A stretch of DNA of 64,000 nt. Source: Podarcis liolepis. Taxonomy: Eukaryota. A program made the translations under genes and the position numbers. The DNA lies in the NCBI GenBank assembly GCA_965112155.1, contig OZ218111.1. One strand, given 5' to 3'. Under the pieces are notes generated by a model, which was not told the origin of the DNA, made no database searches, and worked only from the letters and a program-made list of their open reading frames with translations. This document shows, piece after piece, positions 38,601-48,368 of the stretch. Position 1 is the first letter of the stretch. Each line of letters starts with the position of its first letter.

Positions 38601-41600
38601 TCAGGTTTTAGATTCGGGGTGGGGGGGGATGGGGACCAGCTGCCTAATTTAGATAGTTGCTGGGATTTATCCAGTCTTGATGGTGGGTGTTGCAAAGAGC
38701 AGCAGCAGGATACAGGCAGTCAGAGGCAGAGGAACCAGGAAGGCACAAGGAGGCAAATGCTAGCCAAGGCAGAAGTATCGGCCCCCAGGAGACGCCCCAG
38801 CCATTTGACTCCCAGCTACACAGAGAGGAGGGACGCGGGTTAAAGCACAGAGCCTAGGACTTGCCGAACAAAAGGTCGGCGGTTTGAATCCCCGCGGCGG
38901 GGTGAGCTCCCGTTGCTCGGTCCCTGCTCCTGCCAACCTAGCAGTTTGAAAGCACGTCAAAGTGCAAGTAGATAAATAGGTACCACTCCGGCGGGAAGGT
39001 AAACGGCGTTTCCGTGCGCTGCTCTGGTTTCGCCAGAAGCGGCTTAGTCATGCTGGCCACATGACCCAGAAGCTGTACGCCAGCTCCCTCGGCCAATAAA
39101 GCGAGATGAGTGCCGCAACCCCAGAGTTGGCCACAACTGGGCCTTATGGTCAGGGGTCCCTTTACCCTTTACCTTTACACAGAGAGGAGGGGCTTGAATC
39201 TAGATAGCTGTTGGTTAGAGCATGGTGCTGATAACACCAAGGTCACAGGTTTGATCCCCATATGGGACAGCTGCATATCCCTGCATTGCAGTGGGTCGGA
39301 CTAGATGATCCTCACGCTCCCTTCCAACTCTATAATTCTATGAATTCAAGGGAAGTTCAGGGAAGAGGCATTGAGGTGGGGGGGCAGCCATCCCTGTCCC
39401 CACTTCCCAGAGAGCCCGTGACATCAATGCACTGAGAGTTTTACAGACAGTTTATAAACTAAGAGAGTAAAGCTGCAAACCCAGGTGGCAAGGAAGATGG
39501 AAGTGTCCCCCCCCCCCCGTAAAAAGGCCAAGAAGCCAAGAAATTGGTCTGTGCTTCCTTCCATCTCAACTTCATCCTGTTCAGGCAAGCAGCAACCTCT
39601 CTATGAAGGAGAAGGGCAAGAGTGCCCCATGGGGGGAAGCACCTGCTGTTCCACGCCCAAGCAAAAGTGGGCTTTAAAAAAGAAGAAAGACTAGGGCTAA
39701 GGGGACGGTTATCACAGTACCAAACCTGGCAGTAGTACTTTACCATTTACTGGTCTCCACTTTGCTGTCTCGGAAAAGGACCACTGAGAAGCCCTGTGAG
39801 ATTGGAAAGGGGGACAAAAGGAATCTGCAGCAGGCTGGCGGTGTCTATCGTGCCAAGTATGCTAGAGAAAGGAAGAGGCTGCCAAGCCAGAAAATGAGGA
39901 ACTCTGGGCAGAAGTGCAGCACCTCTGGGCAGAAGTACGGCACACTGATAAGCACCTGTCCACAGCAATTCAAAGAAAAAATTACAGAAGCTTAAAAAAA
40001 TTGCTTTGTAGGCTCCTGCTGGTACATCTGAGATATTAATGAAGTATATGAATGAATATGGCACACACAACCCAGCTCACCTCCCTCCCAACCCTGGCCA
40101 TGGAAGCAGAGAGCAGCATTTCAGGCGATGGAAGGGCCTGGTGCCTCCACACAGGAGTTGCTTTTATCTATCACGCTGTAGAGAGAGGATTTAAAAATGG
40201 GAACAAGCTTAGAATTTCTGAATGGCGCAGTGGAAACCTTGCATGTCCCAAAAGCTGAAAAGTAAAAGGCTGAATCAACTGAGCTGGCCTTCATCCCTTA
40301 TGACATAGGTTGCACCAGAACAGGGCCAGCATGGGCTCAAATTACAAGGAGAAGGAACTACGGCTAACCATTGGGTTGTGGGTACTGTTTGGGGGGGGGG
40401 TTGTTGGGGGGGGGTTAAAGAATTTTATTTGCAATATACATATTAAAAGGTTATGGACCCCTGACAGTTAAGTCCAGTCGCGAACAACTCTGGGGTTGCG
40501 GCGCTCATCTCGCTTTACTGGTCAAGGGAGCCGGCGTTTGTCCGCAGACAGGTTTTCCGGGTCATGTGGCCTGCATGACCAAGCCGCTTCTGGCGAAACC
40601 AGAGCAGCGCACAGAAACGACGTTTACCTTCCCTCCAGAGTGGTACCTATTTATTTACTTGCACTTTGACGTGCTTTCGAACTGCTAGGTTGGCAGGAGC
40701 TGGGACCGAGCAACGGGAGCTCACCCCGTCGCAGGGATTCAAACCACCGACCTTCTGATCAGCAAGCCCTAGGCTCAGTGGTTTATTACATACATACAAA
40801 AAGAAAACAATTGTAAAAATAACAAGGAAGGGAAAAAACATGTACTAAAAAATGAAAAAGAAAATTAGAAAAAAGAAAAAGAACGAAGATAAAAAGGAGA
40901 AAAGGAAAAAGAGAAAAAGTAAAAATAGATAAAAGAAGAAAAAACTGTCTATTTTAGATCTTATTAGGACTTACATGAAAATTGTTTAAATGGGTTGTGT
41001 ACTTTTGATGGTCTTATTGTTTATGACTACTTTTATTACGTTTGTAATTATGTGGGTTTTATTCATGTAAATCACCTTGTACATAGTTTTAACTATGAAA
41101 ACGCAGCATACAAATAATATGCATATATTATGCAATAGTTCTTCCTGGAGGCATGGACTGTCCAGGAGCAGCTGGAAGGTGGCAGATTCATTTCCTTAGA
41201 GGTCACCTTCCCGGACAGCGCCCTCTGACCAAGGATGATGAAGTCGAGGACATCCTGCACCATCGCCAGCCGCCCAGACAGTCTCTTCAGACTGTGAGGA
41301 TTCTAGGAACTTAAGCCTCAAACTGCAACAGCAGCAAACTGGAATTGGCTGTTTATTTGCCAGCAGTTCTGTACATGCCAAGTCTATTCCCCAAAGGAAC
41401 AGAAGGTCATCCACAAAATAAGGCTGTCGTCCCTCATCCCCAGATGGATCAACTGCGGATCAGCATGAGGGCAGGAGTGGAAGTTTTGCCTTTGCTGCTC
41501 CGCAACTACAGTGTCCACAAAGCAGAGCCCACTGACGCTTCACAGGGCAGATGCTCTTACCAGCCAAAAATACTGACCTTTTGCTGCACATGGCAAAGCA

Positions 41601-44600
41601 GCAGAACAACCACAAGAGGATCCTTGGTAAAACCAAGGTTTAGTTTTATTTTTGCAAACTACTTTTACAGATTTTTCAGAAAACACCACGAGAGCAAGCC
41701 AGATCGAACACAAGGGAAAAGAGGAATGTCCAAGCACATTTATGACTGCAGCAGGAAATCCAGACAGACACTAAGAATCCAATCAGAGAGTCTCTCACAT
41801 CCATCGCTCACATCAGATCAGAATGATTAATGACCCACAGAAAAAGAGAGACGCTCTCTCATTGGCCAATGAAATAAATGGAAACCAACATGACTCTGTG
41901 GGCAGTGCTGATCCATTTGTTATGGCCCGTTTCGAAAGTATTTGGTCCCACTACTGGATGACAGGCGGCATCAAAGGGTCTCTCACCTGGCTGCCCGAAT
42001 CAGACAATCCAACAAGCTGCCTACCCTGTGGATTACAAACTGCATCCACTTCAACAACACTGAGCAAAGGAACCATCATAGCTTCAGGCTCACAGATTTA
42101 CTCAATCCAAGGCGAAGTTCATGAAACACTTGAGCCCGGCCAGCTATTTCCCCACAACTTCTCCACCCTTCAGAGGAGAGCCCTTTGTCAACAGCTTTAA
42201 GACATGGAAACTAGCTGAGAAGGGCCTAGAGGGCACTTTATTGCCAACTAACCAAACCAAAATTTCTAACTGGAAAGGCTTCGCAAATTGCAGAAGCGCA
42301 AAGCCTCTTGCAAGGCTGCTGCAGGCTCTGCACTTTGGGCCCGGAAGAAAGAAAGGAGGGAGGAAAACGTGAGTCACTTCCTCATCTCATTCTTGGCCCA
42401 ACAGTTCCTGTGTCATATTAGGAAGAGAGAGAGAGAGACAGAGGAAGGAGGTGGTTAGGATCAACCACATCGCACAAACTTGGGCAGCAAATGTTGCTGG
42501 TGGGGGGTGAACTCATGGGAGCTGTGGGCCAGGGATTCCCCATCAGCCCAAATCTCAGGTGCTGCTTGGAGGGGAGACCGGACACCAGTCTGGCAAGTGG
42601 AGATAACCCCTTGCTCTGGTTCCTGTTCCAGGGCTTGCCTTGTCACAGAAAAGGCTCCCACGAAGCCCCAAGGGGGCAGGGAGAAAGATCCTCCAGGGCA
42701 AGGCTTCTTGGTGGCTCCACTCTACCTTGGGAAGGTCTCTGGGTTTGATCCACAGCACTTCCAGGCAGAACAGACCACTTCCTGAAATCCTGGGCTTGCC
42801 TTGTAAACAACACTGGGCTAGATGGGCCAATGGTATGAGGCAGCTTCCTCTCTTCCTAGAGCAGGAGAACCTGAACTGCCTCTGGACCGTAAGACATCAT
42901 CAATACACCTCAAGCAACTGCAAAAGCAGTGTTGAACCTGCTCTTAAATCCTCTCCATTCCTGTAGTTCCATGGCCAGTTCAGAGATCAAACACAACCCA
43001 TAACCAACCCCAAAACACACTTGATACATCCCCCCCATTGCAGGAAGCAGCTTCCCTATTAAACCCCAAGTTTCCCTCACCTTCTGACATATCCCACAAA
43101 CCTGATTTATCTTCCAGGCTATTAACCCTTTTGCTTTCGTATCCAGCTGTATTATTCTGCCCCGTAATCGCACTCATTAATTTGGCGACCACATGCTGAT
43201 TTACGCTTAAAATACTATTTGTTTCCAGAGCAGCTTCAGATGATACGAAAATATGGTTTCTTTGAAAGCAAAAGGAGTAAAAAGAGGTCAAAAATAATCC
43301 ACTGGGAACTGCAGGTGGGAGTGGCACAGCCAAAGAGAAAGCAACGGAGCAGCTTAATTGGCCTGTCTCTAGGTGCCAGAAAACGGGGCAGCTGTTTCTG
43401 CAAAAGGTTAGGCCTGGCAACAAAGCGGCAGGTCGAACAGCTCAGGGATGCTCTGTTCCTCTCCCCACCCCAGCTGGAAGCTGCAATGAGCACCACTGGT
43501 GGTTTAAGCCAATGATACCCTTTGGGCATGTTAGCAGCATGGGGCTCACCACCCCTCTGAAAGGGCCCCCTTACCTCTTGGCTTCCTCCAGGTGGCAAAG
43601 ATATTCGTAGGCCACATTCTGCCGTCTCCGCTCATCCATCTCTTCTGCAGTCATCCTCTCATTATCCAGGACAGCTGCAAAAAGGCAGGACAGGGTCAGT
43701 CCAGGGAAGCCAGAAGGACCTGAGGCAAAGTGCAGCTCAACAGGGGGTCGTCCCCAAGTGGGAGGTGTTGGGAGCTGAAGGAGCAAAGCCTCACTGGGTG
43801 CCCAGAAGCACCCAAGGTCTGGCACCCCACCCACTCCCCCACAACAGGACAGCTAGTGCCAAGGGTTTGTTTTTGTTTTATTTGAATGGCTCACCTGTTC
43901 CCTCCAAGTCCCACCTCAATACAAGCAACAAATGGAGAGTCAACCCCCCTATACCACTTTACTATGTATTTAATTTAAAGCATTTTTACCCACCCTCTCA
44001 CCCCTTAGGCAAGACGATTGCCAGGGCTGCCTTGTTTGCAAAAACCAGGAGCAGGATTTTAACCCCAGATTCCGCTGGGAAGACGCTCGCCAACCGAAAG
44101 CACAGTGCAGGTAGCATCCTGCCCACCCTAGAAAGTACTAAAATAAGGCTCCCCCACGCAGAGCAGAGGCCCCAGGCTCCAACAGAGGAGGAAGCTACTC
44201 CAGATAGCCAGTCCAAGGACAGACTTGCCAGGTGCACACACCTGCTGTGACAACAGGGTGAACAGTTTACATTCAGTGTGCTCCCTTCCCCCCCCTCCAC
44301 AAATAAAAAACAAGCTGATGACAACATAAAGCCACTGCACTGCCTGAAACTGAAAGTTCTTCTGAGACTTCCTGAGACTATGCTCACAACCATTCACAAG
44401 AAATAGACAAACTAATCCCATGCCTTGGGGGGAGACAAGACACAAATCAGTGACTCTTGCAGAGGCAGCATGAGTGGCTGGGGCAACCCAGTCACATGGG
44501 CAGGGTACAAATAAAATAATAATTATTATCATCATCATCATCACCATCCTCCTCTCTTTGCTGAACAAGCCAGCTTACTAACTGAATGTTATAATAATTA

Positions 44601-47600
44601 CAGCATCCTGGTTTGCCACGAAACAGAGCCACTCCAAATCCTGTAAGCAAAAAGCAGACTTTGGGCCCTGGAGCCCACATGCCTTTTGCATCAGACAAGG
44701 AGTCTTGCGACACCTTAAAGACCAACACCTGAGATTCTGCACTACAGAACTACTTGATTTGAGGCAAAGTGAGCTTTTGGGAAATGGGCGGGGCTTCTCA
44801 GTGGCACTTTCTGTATAAAACTTTGAGATCTTGACCAGTCAGTGCCCAGAACCTTCCAGAAGCATGGGAGGATAGTTTGTGAGCAGAAACGCGTTTCTCC
44901 ATGAGTCAGAAAAGGAACGGTCCGGCCAAAGTGAGGCATGAGAACGCTCTGCTGACTCCTCTGGGAGAATAGAGCGAAGGGCACCTTCCCTCCCTGCATC
45001 TAAAAATACCAGGCTGTTTGGGCTGACAGTGGTAAATATTCATAATTTGCCACAGAAATATATCTGACAGATCGTAACATTTATAACACTTTGCCTCAGG
45101 TGTAAGATCCCCACTGATTCCCTTTGTGTAGGAAAGTCAGCTTTAGTTCAGTGACTTTGGTAACAGTCCCATGCTCCACATTTTAAAAAGTATCAATCAA
45201 ATCTAGTTGGAGAGATAAGGCAATAATGGTGGGGTAGTGAGGACCTCCAGTGGGAGGGTACTCCACAGCACCAGCCCCACAACCAAAAAGGCCCTGCTCC
45301 TCTCAACCAGTCCTGCAGGACCCAAGATAAGACAGTGGAAAGGTGTCCCTCGGGAAGTTGTGGACTCTCCTTCCTTGGAGGTTTTAAGAAGATGTTGGAT
45401 GGCCATCTGTCACGGATGCTCTAGCTGAGATTCCTGCACTGCATGGGGTTGGACTAGATGACCACTGGGGTCCCTCCCAGCTCCACAATTCTATTATATT
45501 TTACAAGTGCACATTATATTCCGAGGCAACAATTTAAATCAGAGGATCCTAAAATAGCTTCCTTTAATATAGTGGTTTGGGAGAAGATCCTCAGTTCAAG
45601 ACACACTCATTGCTTCAGTCATCCAAATGAGACAATCCTGACACCCCTTGAGCAGCCAGGATGAGCAAGACTTGCACACAAGATGCTCCAGTTCCAACCC
45701 TGGAGCTGAAAAGTCCTGGCTCAGATTACAACTGCACGCTGTAATTGACAGCACGTTCCTATACCACCCCACAAAGAACTGCAGTTTGGTAAGAGTGCTG
45801 GGAACTGTAGCTTAGTGAATAGCAAACTACAGTTCCCGGGATTATTTCTGGGGTGTGTTTAAATGAATAGTATATATGCACCCACATATGCCTCACTGCC
45901 TCTAACAGGGTCATCCACTCCTACCTGCTGGGCCAATTCCAGGTAGAGGTTTGTGGATACAGTGGATGCTCGGGTTGCGTACGTGATCTGTGCAGGATGC
46001 ACGTTCGCAACCCTCAGTGTTCGCAACACACATCTGCACACGCGCGGGTTACGATTCAGCGCTTCTGCGAATGCACAATTTAGTGCTTCTGCGCATGTGC
46101 AACAACCAAAAACCCGGAAGTAACCCATTCCGGTACTTCCGGGTTTCAGCGGTCCGCAACCCGAAAAAACGCAACCTGAAGCGGCTATAACCCAAGGTAT
46201 GACTGTACTTCTGTCCCATGACATTTGCCATTCTGCCCCCATGTTTTTCAGCCTTTATGTGAAGCTACTGAATGAGCTCGTCCACTGGTGAAAACCATAT
46301 CTGTCGGGCAAGGGTTTGGAAACAATAATGGACTGGATGAGGCCCAGTAAACTGAAAAGTCAACCTGACAAGGTAGAAGAACCATCTGATAGGATGGTGG
46401 TGCTCCACATGCTCTGGAAGGGCTGTACTCTCCCTAAAGCAGGGGTCCCCAGCATTTCTGGGCCCAGGGATATATTTTTAAAAATCTGTCAGGGCCACCA
46501 CAAAGTACCCATTTCACAGAAGGAAAACAGGTGATGCTCATAAACATTCCCTGCAACAGACAAACCCCACTGTCTGTGAATCGTTCCAAGGCCTAAGGAT
46601 GAAGGGTGGTATACAAATTTAATAAATAATAGTAATAGCCTCTTTTGCACCTCGCCAGCCAGGCCTGATTCTATAGACGGCAGTTCCAGAACCGCCAAAG
46701 AGGAATCCCTTTCTGCTGCCAGCTTTGAAACTATGCCTAGAGAGATAGGAAAGGACAGAGCCACCATCCTTATTGCCTGTAGACAGATCCTGTGGCTGTT
46801 TTTGATGCTGCCATTTCCTGGCAGTTTGACACAGCAGGAACTTGGCAGCAGAATTATTCATGCAGCCCACCCACAAAAAGTAGCAACAATGACTTATGAA
46901 AGTACGGCTTCGACATTTTTAAAATCCCCCTTCTGCCACCAATACAGAGAGCCAGGCTGATGTACAGTAATAGTTACCAACTGCTGGATTGGGGTGGGGA
47001 GATCCAGGTTCAAATGCCCATCAGCCCAAAAGTTCATTGGCTGATCCCTGGTCAGCCCTGTCTCTCAGCCTAACCTACCTCACAGGGTTGTTGGGAGGAT
47101 GAAATGGGGTAGGGAGAACCTTCAGGTCTTTGCAGGAATGCTAGCAAACAATGTAAAATGGACAGCTCATTTCCCCCACTTTCTACATGGAAAGGGTAGC
47201 TTGGATTAGCAGGCAGAAATCCAACAGGCTATAGCAAAGGTTCAGCTCTTTAACTTGCCGCCCCCCTACACAGACCCATTTCCAGCCTAAAGCCAGCACT
47301 CAGCTGCAGGCAGAAACCTTGAGCTTCATCCACTTGCACAAAGGAGTGTCATCCACAGAGTTCACAAGAAATAGGGAACACACAGTTGCCTGAGCCCAGC
47401 AACACTGAAATATTGGGACTCTTCCAATGTTTTCTAGCTCTCAGTACTTCCCTGGGATGCCAAGGTGTCTCCTACAAAATGTGAGGGCGGCTAAGCACCG
47501 CCTCGCTGGTATGACACCTTTTGCATCTAGTCCAGCCCTGAAACTCCTCCTCACAGGACCAGCGAGTTATCCGCTGACGCCCACGTGGAAAGGTAGACTG

Positions 47601-48368
47601 CCCTCAATCATGGAGGTTTGATTCGCCCAAAGGCTGCCACCCTGCTCGGTGGGAGCCAAGCCTCCTGCGCTTGGTGAAGCGAGGCATCCATGGAGCTGGG
47701 AGAACGGGCAGTTCGTGCCGAGGATCCGCCCCAGGAGCTGCACGTCGCCGCCCTTCCTGCTCGGGGAGGGGAGCGGTCCTTACCCCGCCCCATGGCCCCT
47801 AAAATCGGGCCTCCCCCTCTTCCTCTCCCCCCCCCGGCCCTCCCGGCAAAAGAAAGAGCGCGAGAGAAAGCGGCTGCTTCGCTCAAAGATGCCCAACAGG
47901 GGACCCAGCCCGTAACCCCGCGAAAAGCGACAGCGCGTGCAAACGAGCCCGAGAGAAACGCGCGCCGCTCGGCGAGGCAGGCCGTTCACACGAGCAATCC
48001 GGGGAGCGCTGCTTCCCGCCCGCCCGCCATGTTGAGGGGGCGATGGGGAGGCAGGGAGCGCCGAGACTTTCACAGCGGGCCCGGCTTCCTGCTCGGCCAA
48101 ATAAACCCACAGCCCCGGGCCAAGCGAGCCAGCGTCCTCCTTCCCCGCCAGTCGGAACGATTCCTCCGGGCCCGGTAAGGGCTGTGCCTGGGCGCCAGCT
48201 CCAACAAAGCGGCCCCGGCGGAGGAGGAGGAGACGCTGGCAGCAAACCGACGGCCCGAGGCATCTCTCAAGCCGCAAGCAACGCGCCCTTCCCTCCCTCG
48301 GCCCGAGACTCACAGCCGTAGTGGGGCCGGGCCACGCCCGCCCCGTCGATCTCCTCCGGGGTGGCCAT
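3385..48368 (-). CDS. IQGAP1: Ras GTPase-activating-like protein IQGAP1, complete 38-exon gene (about 1661 aa)
   Basis: 38 exons with GT-AG boundaries join in frame (4986 nt including stop). Domain order is CH, IR repeats, WW (WVKHWVKGGYHYYHN), four IQ motifs, GRD (GNPTVIK with Thr at the arginine-finger position; YYR instead of FLR) and RGCT, ending LLNKKFYGK*. The N-terminus (ARPHYGSVLDNER) and C-terminus match IQGAP1 as I recall it. Confidence 0.97.
4824..4859. repeat. (TAT)n microsatellite
   Basis: read directly. Confidence 0.95.
5206..5314 (-). CDS. IQGAP1: IQGAP1 exon 37
   Basis: FKNVIFEISPTEEVGDFEVKAKFMGVQMETFILHYQ. Confidence 0.96.
5865..5987 (-). CDS. IQGAP1: IQGAP1 exon 36
   Basis: VSKKPREMKGKKSKKISLKYTAARLHEKGVLLEIEDLQAS. 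Confidence 0.96.
6340..6506 (-). CDS. IQGAP1: IQGAP1 exon 35
   Basis: DIRNQRRYRQRRKAELVKLQQT...YIKTCLDNLASKG. Confidence 0.96.
6713..6925 (-). CDS. IQGAP1: IQGAP1 exon 34
   Basis: EAEHQRAMQRRAIRDAKTPDKMKKSK...LINDVAK. Confidence 0.96.
7160..7247 (-). CDS. IQGAP1: IQGAP1 exon 33
   Basis: TKRLIVDVIRFQPGETLTEILETPASAEQ. Confidence 0.96.
8678..8816 (-). CDS. IQGAP1: IQGAP1 exon 32
   Basis: EGSGSVNDPASKEMLAKTEVSLTLTNKFDVPGDENAEMDAKTILL. Confidence 0.94.
9162..9264 (-). CDS. IQGAP1: IQGAP1 exon 31
   Basis: LLLDHQDAIAPEHNDPIHELLDDLGEVSTIESLI. Confidence 0.96.
9302..9409 (-). mobile_element. L2-like LINE 3' end fragment with (TAT)n tail
   Basis: Matches the reverse complement of the 3' ends at about 20460-20552 and 35540-35670. 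Confidence 0.65.
9410..9776 (+). mobile_element. SPIN/URR1-type hAT MITE
   Basis: TIRs CAGCGGTTCTCAACCT...AGGTTGAGAACCACT(A); 8-bp TSD CAATACAG/CAGTACAG; internal sequence matches the SPIN/URR1 consensus as I recall it. Confidence 0.88.
9922..10054 (-). CDS. IQGAP1: IQGAP1 exon 30
   Basis: RFFQAACEVPELQEKFNVDEYSDLVTLTKPVIYISIGEIINTHT. Confidence 0.96.
10728..10960 (-). CDS. IQGAP1: IQGAP1 exon 29
   Basis: IVGNLLYYRYMNPAIVAPDAFDII...SYQKFR. Confidence 0.96.
12279..12324. repeat. (GT)n microsatellite
   Basis: read directly; about 22 nt into IQGAP1 intron 28. Confidence 0.95.
12347..12431 (-). CDS. IQGAP1: IQGAP1 exon 28
   Basis: YGMRFIAKVLKDSLHEKFPDASEDDLLK. Confidence 0.96.
12536..12676 (-). 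CDS. IQGAP1: IQGAP1 exon 27
   Basis: KLPYDVTPEQALAHEEVKTRLD...LEKIP. Confidence 0.96.
13452..13676 (-). CDS. IQGAP1: IQGAP1 exon 26 (GRD)
   Basis: SKVDQLQEIVTGNPTVIKMVVSFNRGARGQN...SQTGEA. Confidence 0.96.
14433..14596 (-). CDS. IQGAP1: IQGAP1 exon 25
   Basis: TNPTYLAKLIFQMPQNKSTKFMD...ALQEEIK. Confidence 0.96.
14698..14853 (-). CDS. IQGAP1: IQGAP1 exon 24
   Basis: DVVSHSKKLTKKNK...YQHLFYLLQ. Confidence 0.96.
15485..15693 (-). CDS. IQGAP1: IQGAP1 exon 23
   Basis: NAEDPPMAVVRKFVHLLDQSDQDFQEEL...KNKITLQ. Confidence 0.96.
16127..16196 (-). CDS. IQGAP1: IQGAP1 exon 22
   Basis: INDIVKIQAFIRANKARDDYKTL. Confidence 0.96.
16391..16462 (-). CDS. IQGAP1: IQGAP1 exon 21
   Basis: IQAMTRMYQARKRYRGRLQYFRDH. 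Confidence 0.95.
17528..17611 (-). CDS. IQGAP1: IQGAP1 exon 20
   Basis: SQWRGYKQRKAYQDRLKYLEAHKDEAVK. Confidence 0.95.
18435..18605 (-). CDS. IQGAP1: IQGAP1 exon 19 (IQ motif region)
   Basis: SSISAVTAAYNREQLWLANENLITRLQACCRGYLVRQEF...AITCIQ. Confidence 0.95.
18963..18997. repeat. (TAT)n microsatellite
   Basis: read directly. Confidence 0.95.
19561..19706 (-). CDS. IQGAP1: IQGAP1 exon 18 (WW domain)
   Basis: DNGSEWVKHWVKGGYHYYHNLRTKEGSWEEP...EDIQ. Confidence 0.95.
19966..20133 (-). CDS. IQGAP1: IQGAP1 exon 17
   Basis: AVGILAINEAVDQGDV...GLYGVTPECADTY...KLAA. Confidence 0.95.
20243..20552 (+). mobile_element. L2-like LINE 3' end with (TAT)n tail
   Basis: Encodes LQGTRQRAFSVVAPALWNALP...FRRHLKAALF, typical of the L2-clade ORF2 C-terminus, followed by 3' UTR and a TAT repeat. 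Confidence 0.85.
20857..20947 (-). CDS. IQGAP1: IQGAP1 exon 16
   Basis: ETRDETAVLWLDEIQGGVLQSNRDTEEAQR. Confidence 0.95.
21758..21921 (-). CDS. IQGAP1: IQGAP1 exon 15
   Basis: ILAIGLINEALDEGDA...KREKAQ. Confidence 0.95.
23073..23197 (-). CDS. IQGAP1: IQGAP1 exon 14
   Basis: YIEDLLKLK...TWNDIQSCVDRVNVAVHEEHE. Confidence 0.95.
23700..23860 (-). CDS. IQGAP1: IQGAP1 exon 13
   Basis: GHLTHPELSVAVEMLSSVALINRAL...EDENSQ. Confidence 0.95.
24605..24768 (-). CDS. IQGAP1: IQGAP1 exon 12
   Basis: LAAVGRINTAIRNG...YQKELATLQQQSPD. Confidence 0.95.
25580..25664 (-). CDS. IQGAP1: IQGAP1 exon 11
   Basis: AGRAGPLQKEELQAGVDVANGMAQQYQQ. Confidence 0.93.
26098..26261 (-). CDS. IQGAP1: IQGAP1 exon 10
   Basis: HSALSKIDLILDQGDAAALY...DKQQKLE. 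Confidence 0.94.
26709..26799 (-). CDS. IQGAP1: IQGAP1 exon 9
   Basis: IASEDMERERDVYEELLTQAEIQGNVNKVN. Confidence 0.94.
27966..28144 (-). CDS. IQGAP1: IQGAP1 exon 8
   Basis: HAAVIAINDAIDRQ...ENARNK. Confidence 0.96.
28494..28607 (-). CDS. IQGAP1: IQGAP1 exon 7
   Basis: EEISNMRLELEKYGIQMPAFGKIGGILANELSVDEAA. Confidence 0.96.
28992..29059 (-). CDS. IQGAP1: IQGAP1 exon 6
   Basis: LYLFKLGLAPQIQDLYGKVDFT. Confidence 0.96.
29891..29967 (-). CDS. IQGAP1: IQGAP1 exon 5
   Basis: IFYPETTDIYDRKNMPRCIYCIHAL. Confidence 0.96.
30279..30356 (-). CDS. IQGAP1: IQGAP1 exon 4
   Basis: ATGLHFRHTDNVIQWLNAMAEIGLPK. Confidence 0.96.
30909..31065 (-). CDS. IQGAP1: IQGAP1 exon 3 (CH domain)
   Basis: WMEACLNEELPPTTELEEGLRNGVYLAKLG...EQTRYK. 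Confidence 0.96.
31512..31884 (+). mobile_element. hAT-type MITE with tandemly duplicated left end
   Basis: TIR TA(A/G)GGCTGG..GATAT at 31512 and 31627, inverted ATATCGCCTAGCCCTA ending at 31884; 8-bp TSD ACCAAGGC/GCCAAGGC. Confidence 0.75.
31997..32029. repeat. (AGC)n microsatellite
   Basis: read directly; intronic. Confidence 0.95.
34171..34335 (-). mobile_element. L2-like LINE 3' end with (AAT)n tail
   Basis: Reverse complement of the same family as 20243-20552. Confidence 0.85.
35086..35361 (-). mobile_element. Sauria SINE, 5'-truncated
   Basis: Shares core blocks (GGTCATGTGGCCAGCATGACT, TATTTATCTACTTGCA, GAACTGCTAGGTTGGCAGGAGCTGGGA) with the other copies. Confidence 0.85.
35362..35680 (+). 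mobile_element. L2-like LINE 3' end with long (TAT)n(TGT)n tail
   Basis: ORF 35317-35514 contains RQRAFSVVVPALWNALP...FRRHLKAPLF. Confidence 0.85.
37310..37535 (-). mobile_element. Tc1/mariner (Tigger/pogo-like) MITE
   Basis: TA-CAGTGGTATCTCAGGTTA...TAACCTGAGGTACCACTG-TA. Confidence 0.87.
38830..39176 (+). mobile_element. Sauria SINE, near full length
   Basis: tRNA-like head with B box (GGTTTGAATCCC), (ACCTTT)n tail, flanking direct repeat TACACAGAGAGGAGGG at 38817-38832 and 39176-39191. Confidence 0.92.
39203..39343 (+). mobile_element. tRNA-derived SINE with CR1-type 3' tail
   Basis: tRNA-like head (TTGGTTAGAGCATGGTGCTGATAACACCAAGG..GGTTTGATCCCC) followed by GGACTAGATGATCC..CCCTTCCAACTCT..ATTCTATGA, similar to the CR1 end at about 45450-45495. 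Confidence 0.75.
40456..40785 (-). mobile_element. Sauria SINE
   Basis: Highly similar to 58417-58779. Confidence 0.9.
43575..43674 (-). CDS. IQGAP1: IQGAP1 exon 2
   Basis: VLDNERMTAEEMDERRRQNVAYEYLCHLEEAKR. Confidence 0.96.
45330..45497 (+). mobile_element. CR1 LINE 3' end
   Basis: Encodes QW..PREVVDSPSLEVL.. (CR1 ORF2 C-terminus), followed by the GGGTTGGACTAGATGACC...ATTCTA tail; abuts an inverted older L2-like fragment at about 45220-45305. Confidence 0.8.
45960..46205 (+). mobile_element. Tc1/mariner (Tigger-like) MITE, second family
   Basis: TA-CAGTGGATGCTCGGGTT...AACCCAAGGTATGACTG-TA, imperfect TIRs. Confidence 0.7.
46960..47118 (+). mobile_element. old MIR/CORE-like SINE
   Basis: B-box-like GGTTCAAATGCC plus CTCTCAGCCTAACCTACCTCACAGGGTTGTTG.GAGGAT.AAA. 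Confidence 0.6.

Noticed and set aside
39203-39270. tRNA-like sequence
   Set aside because: Degenerate and fused to a CR1-type tail, so it is a SINE head rather than a tRNA gene.
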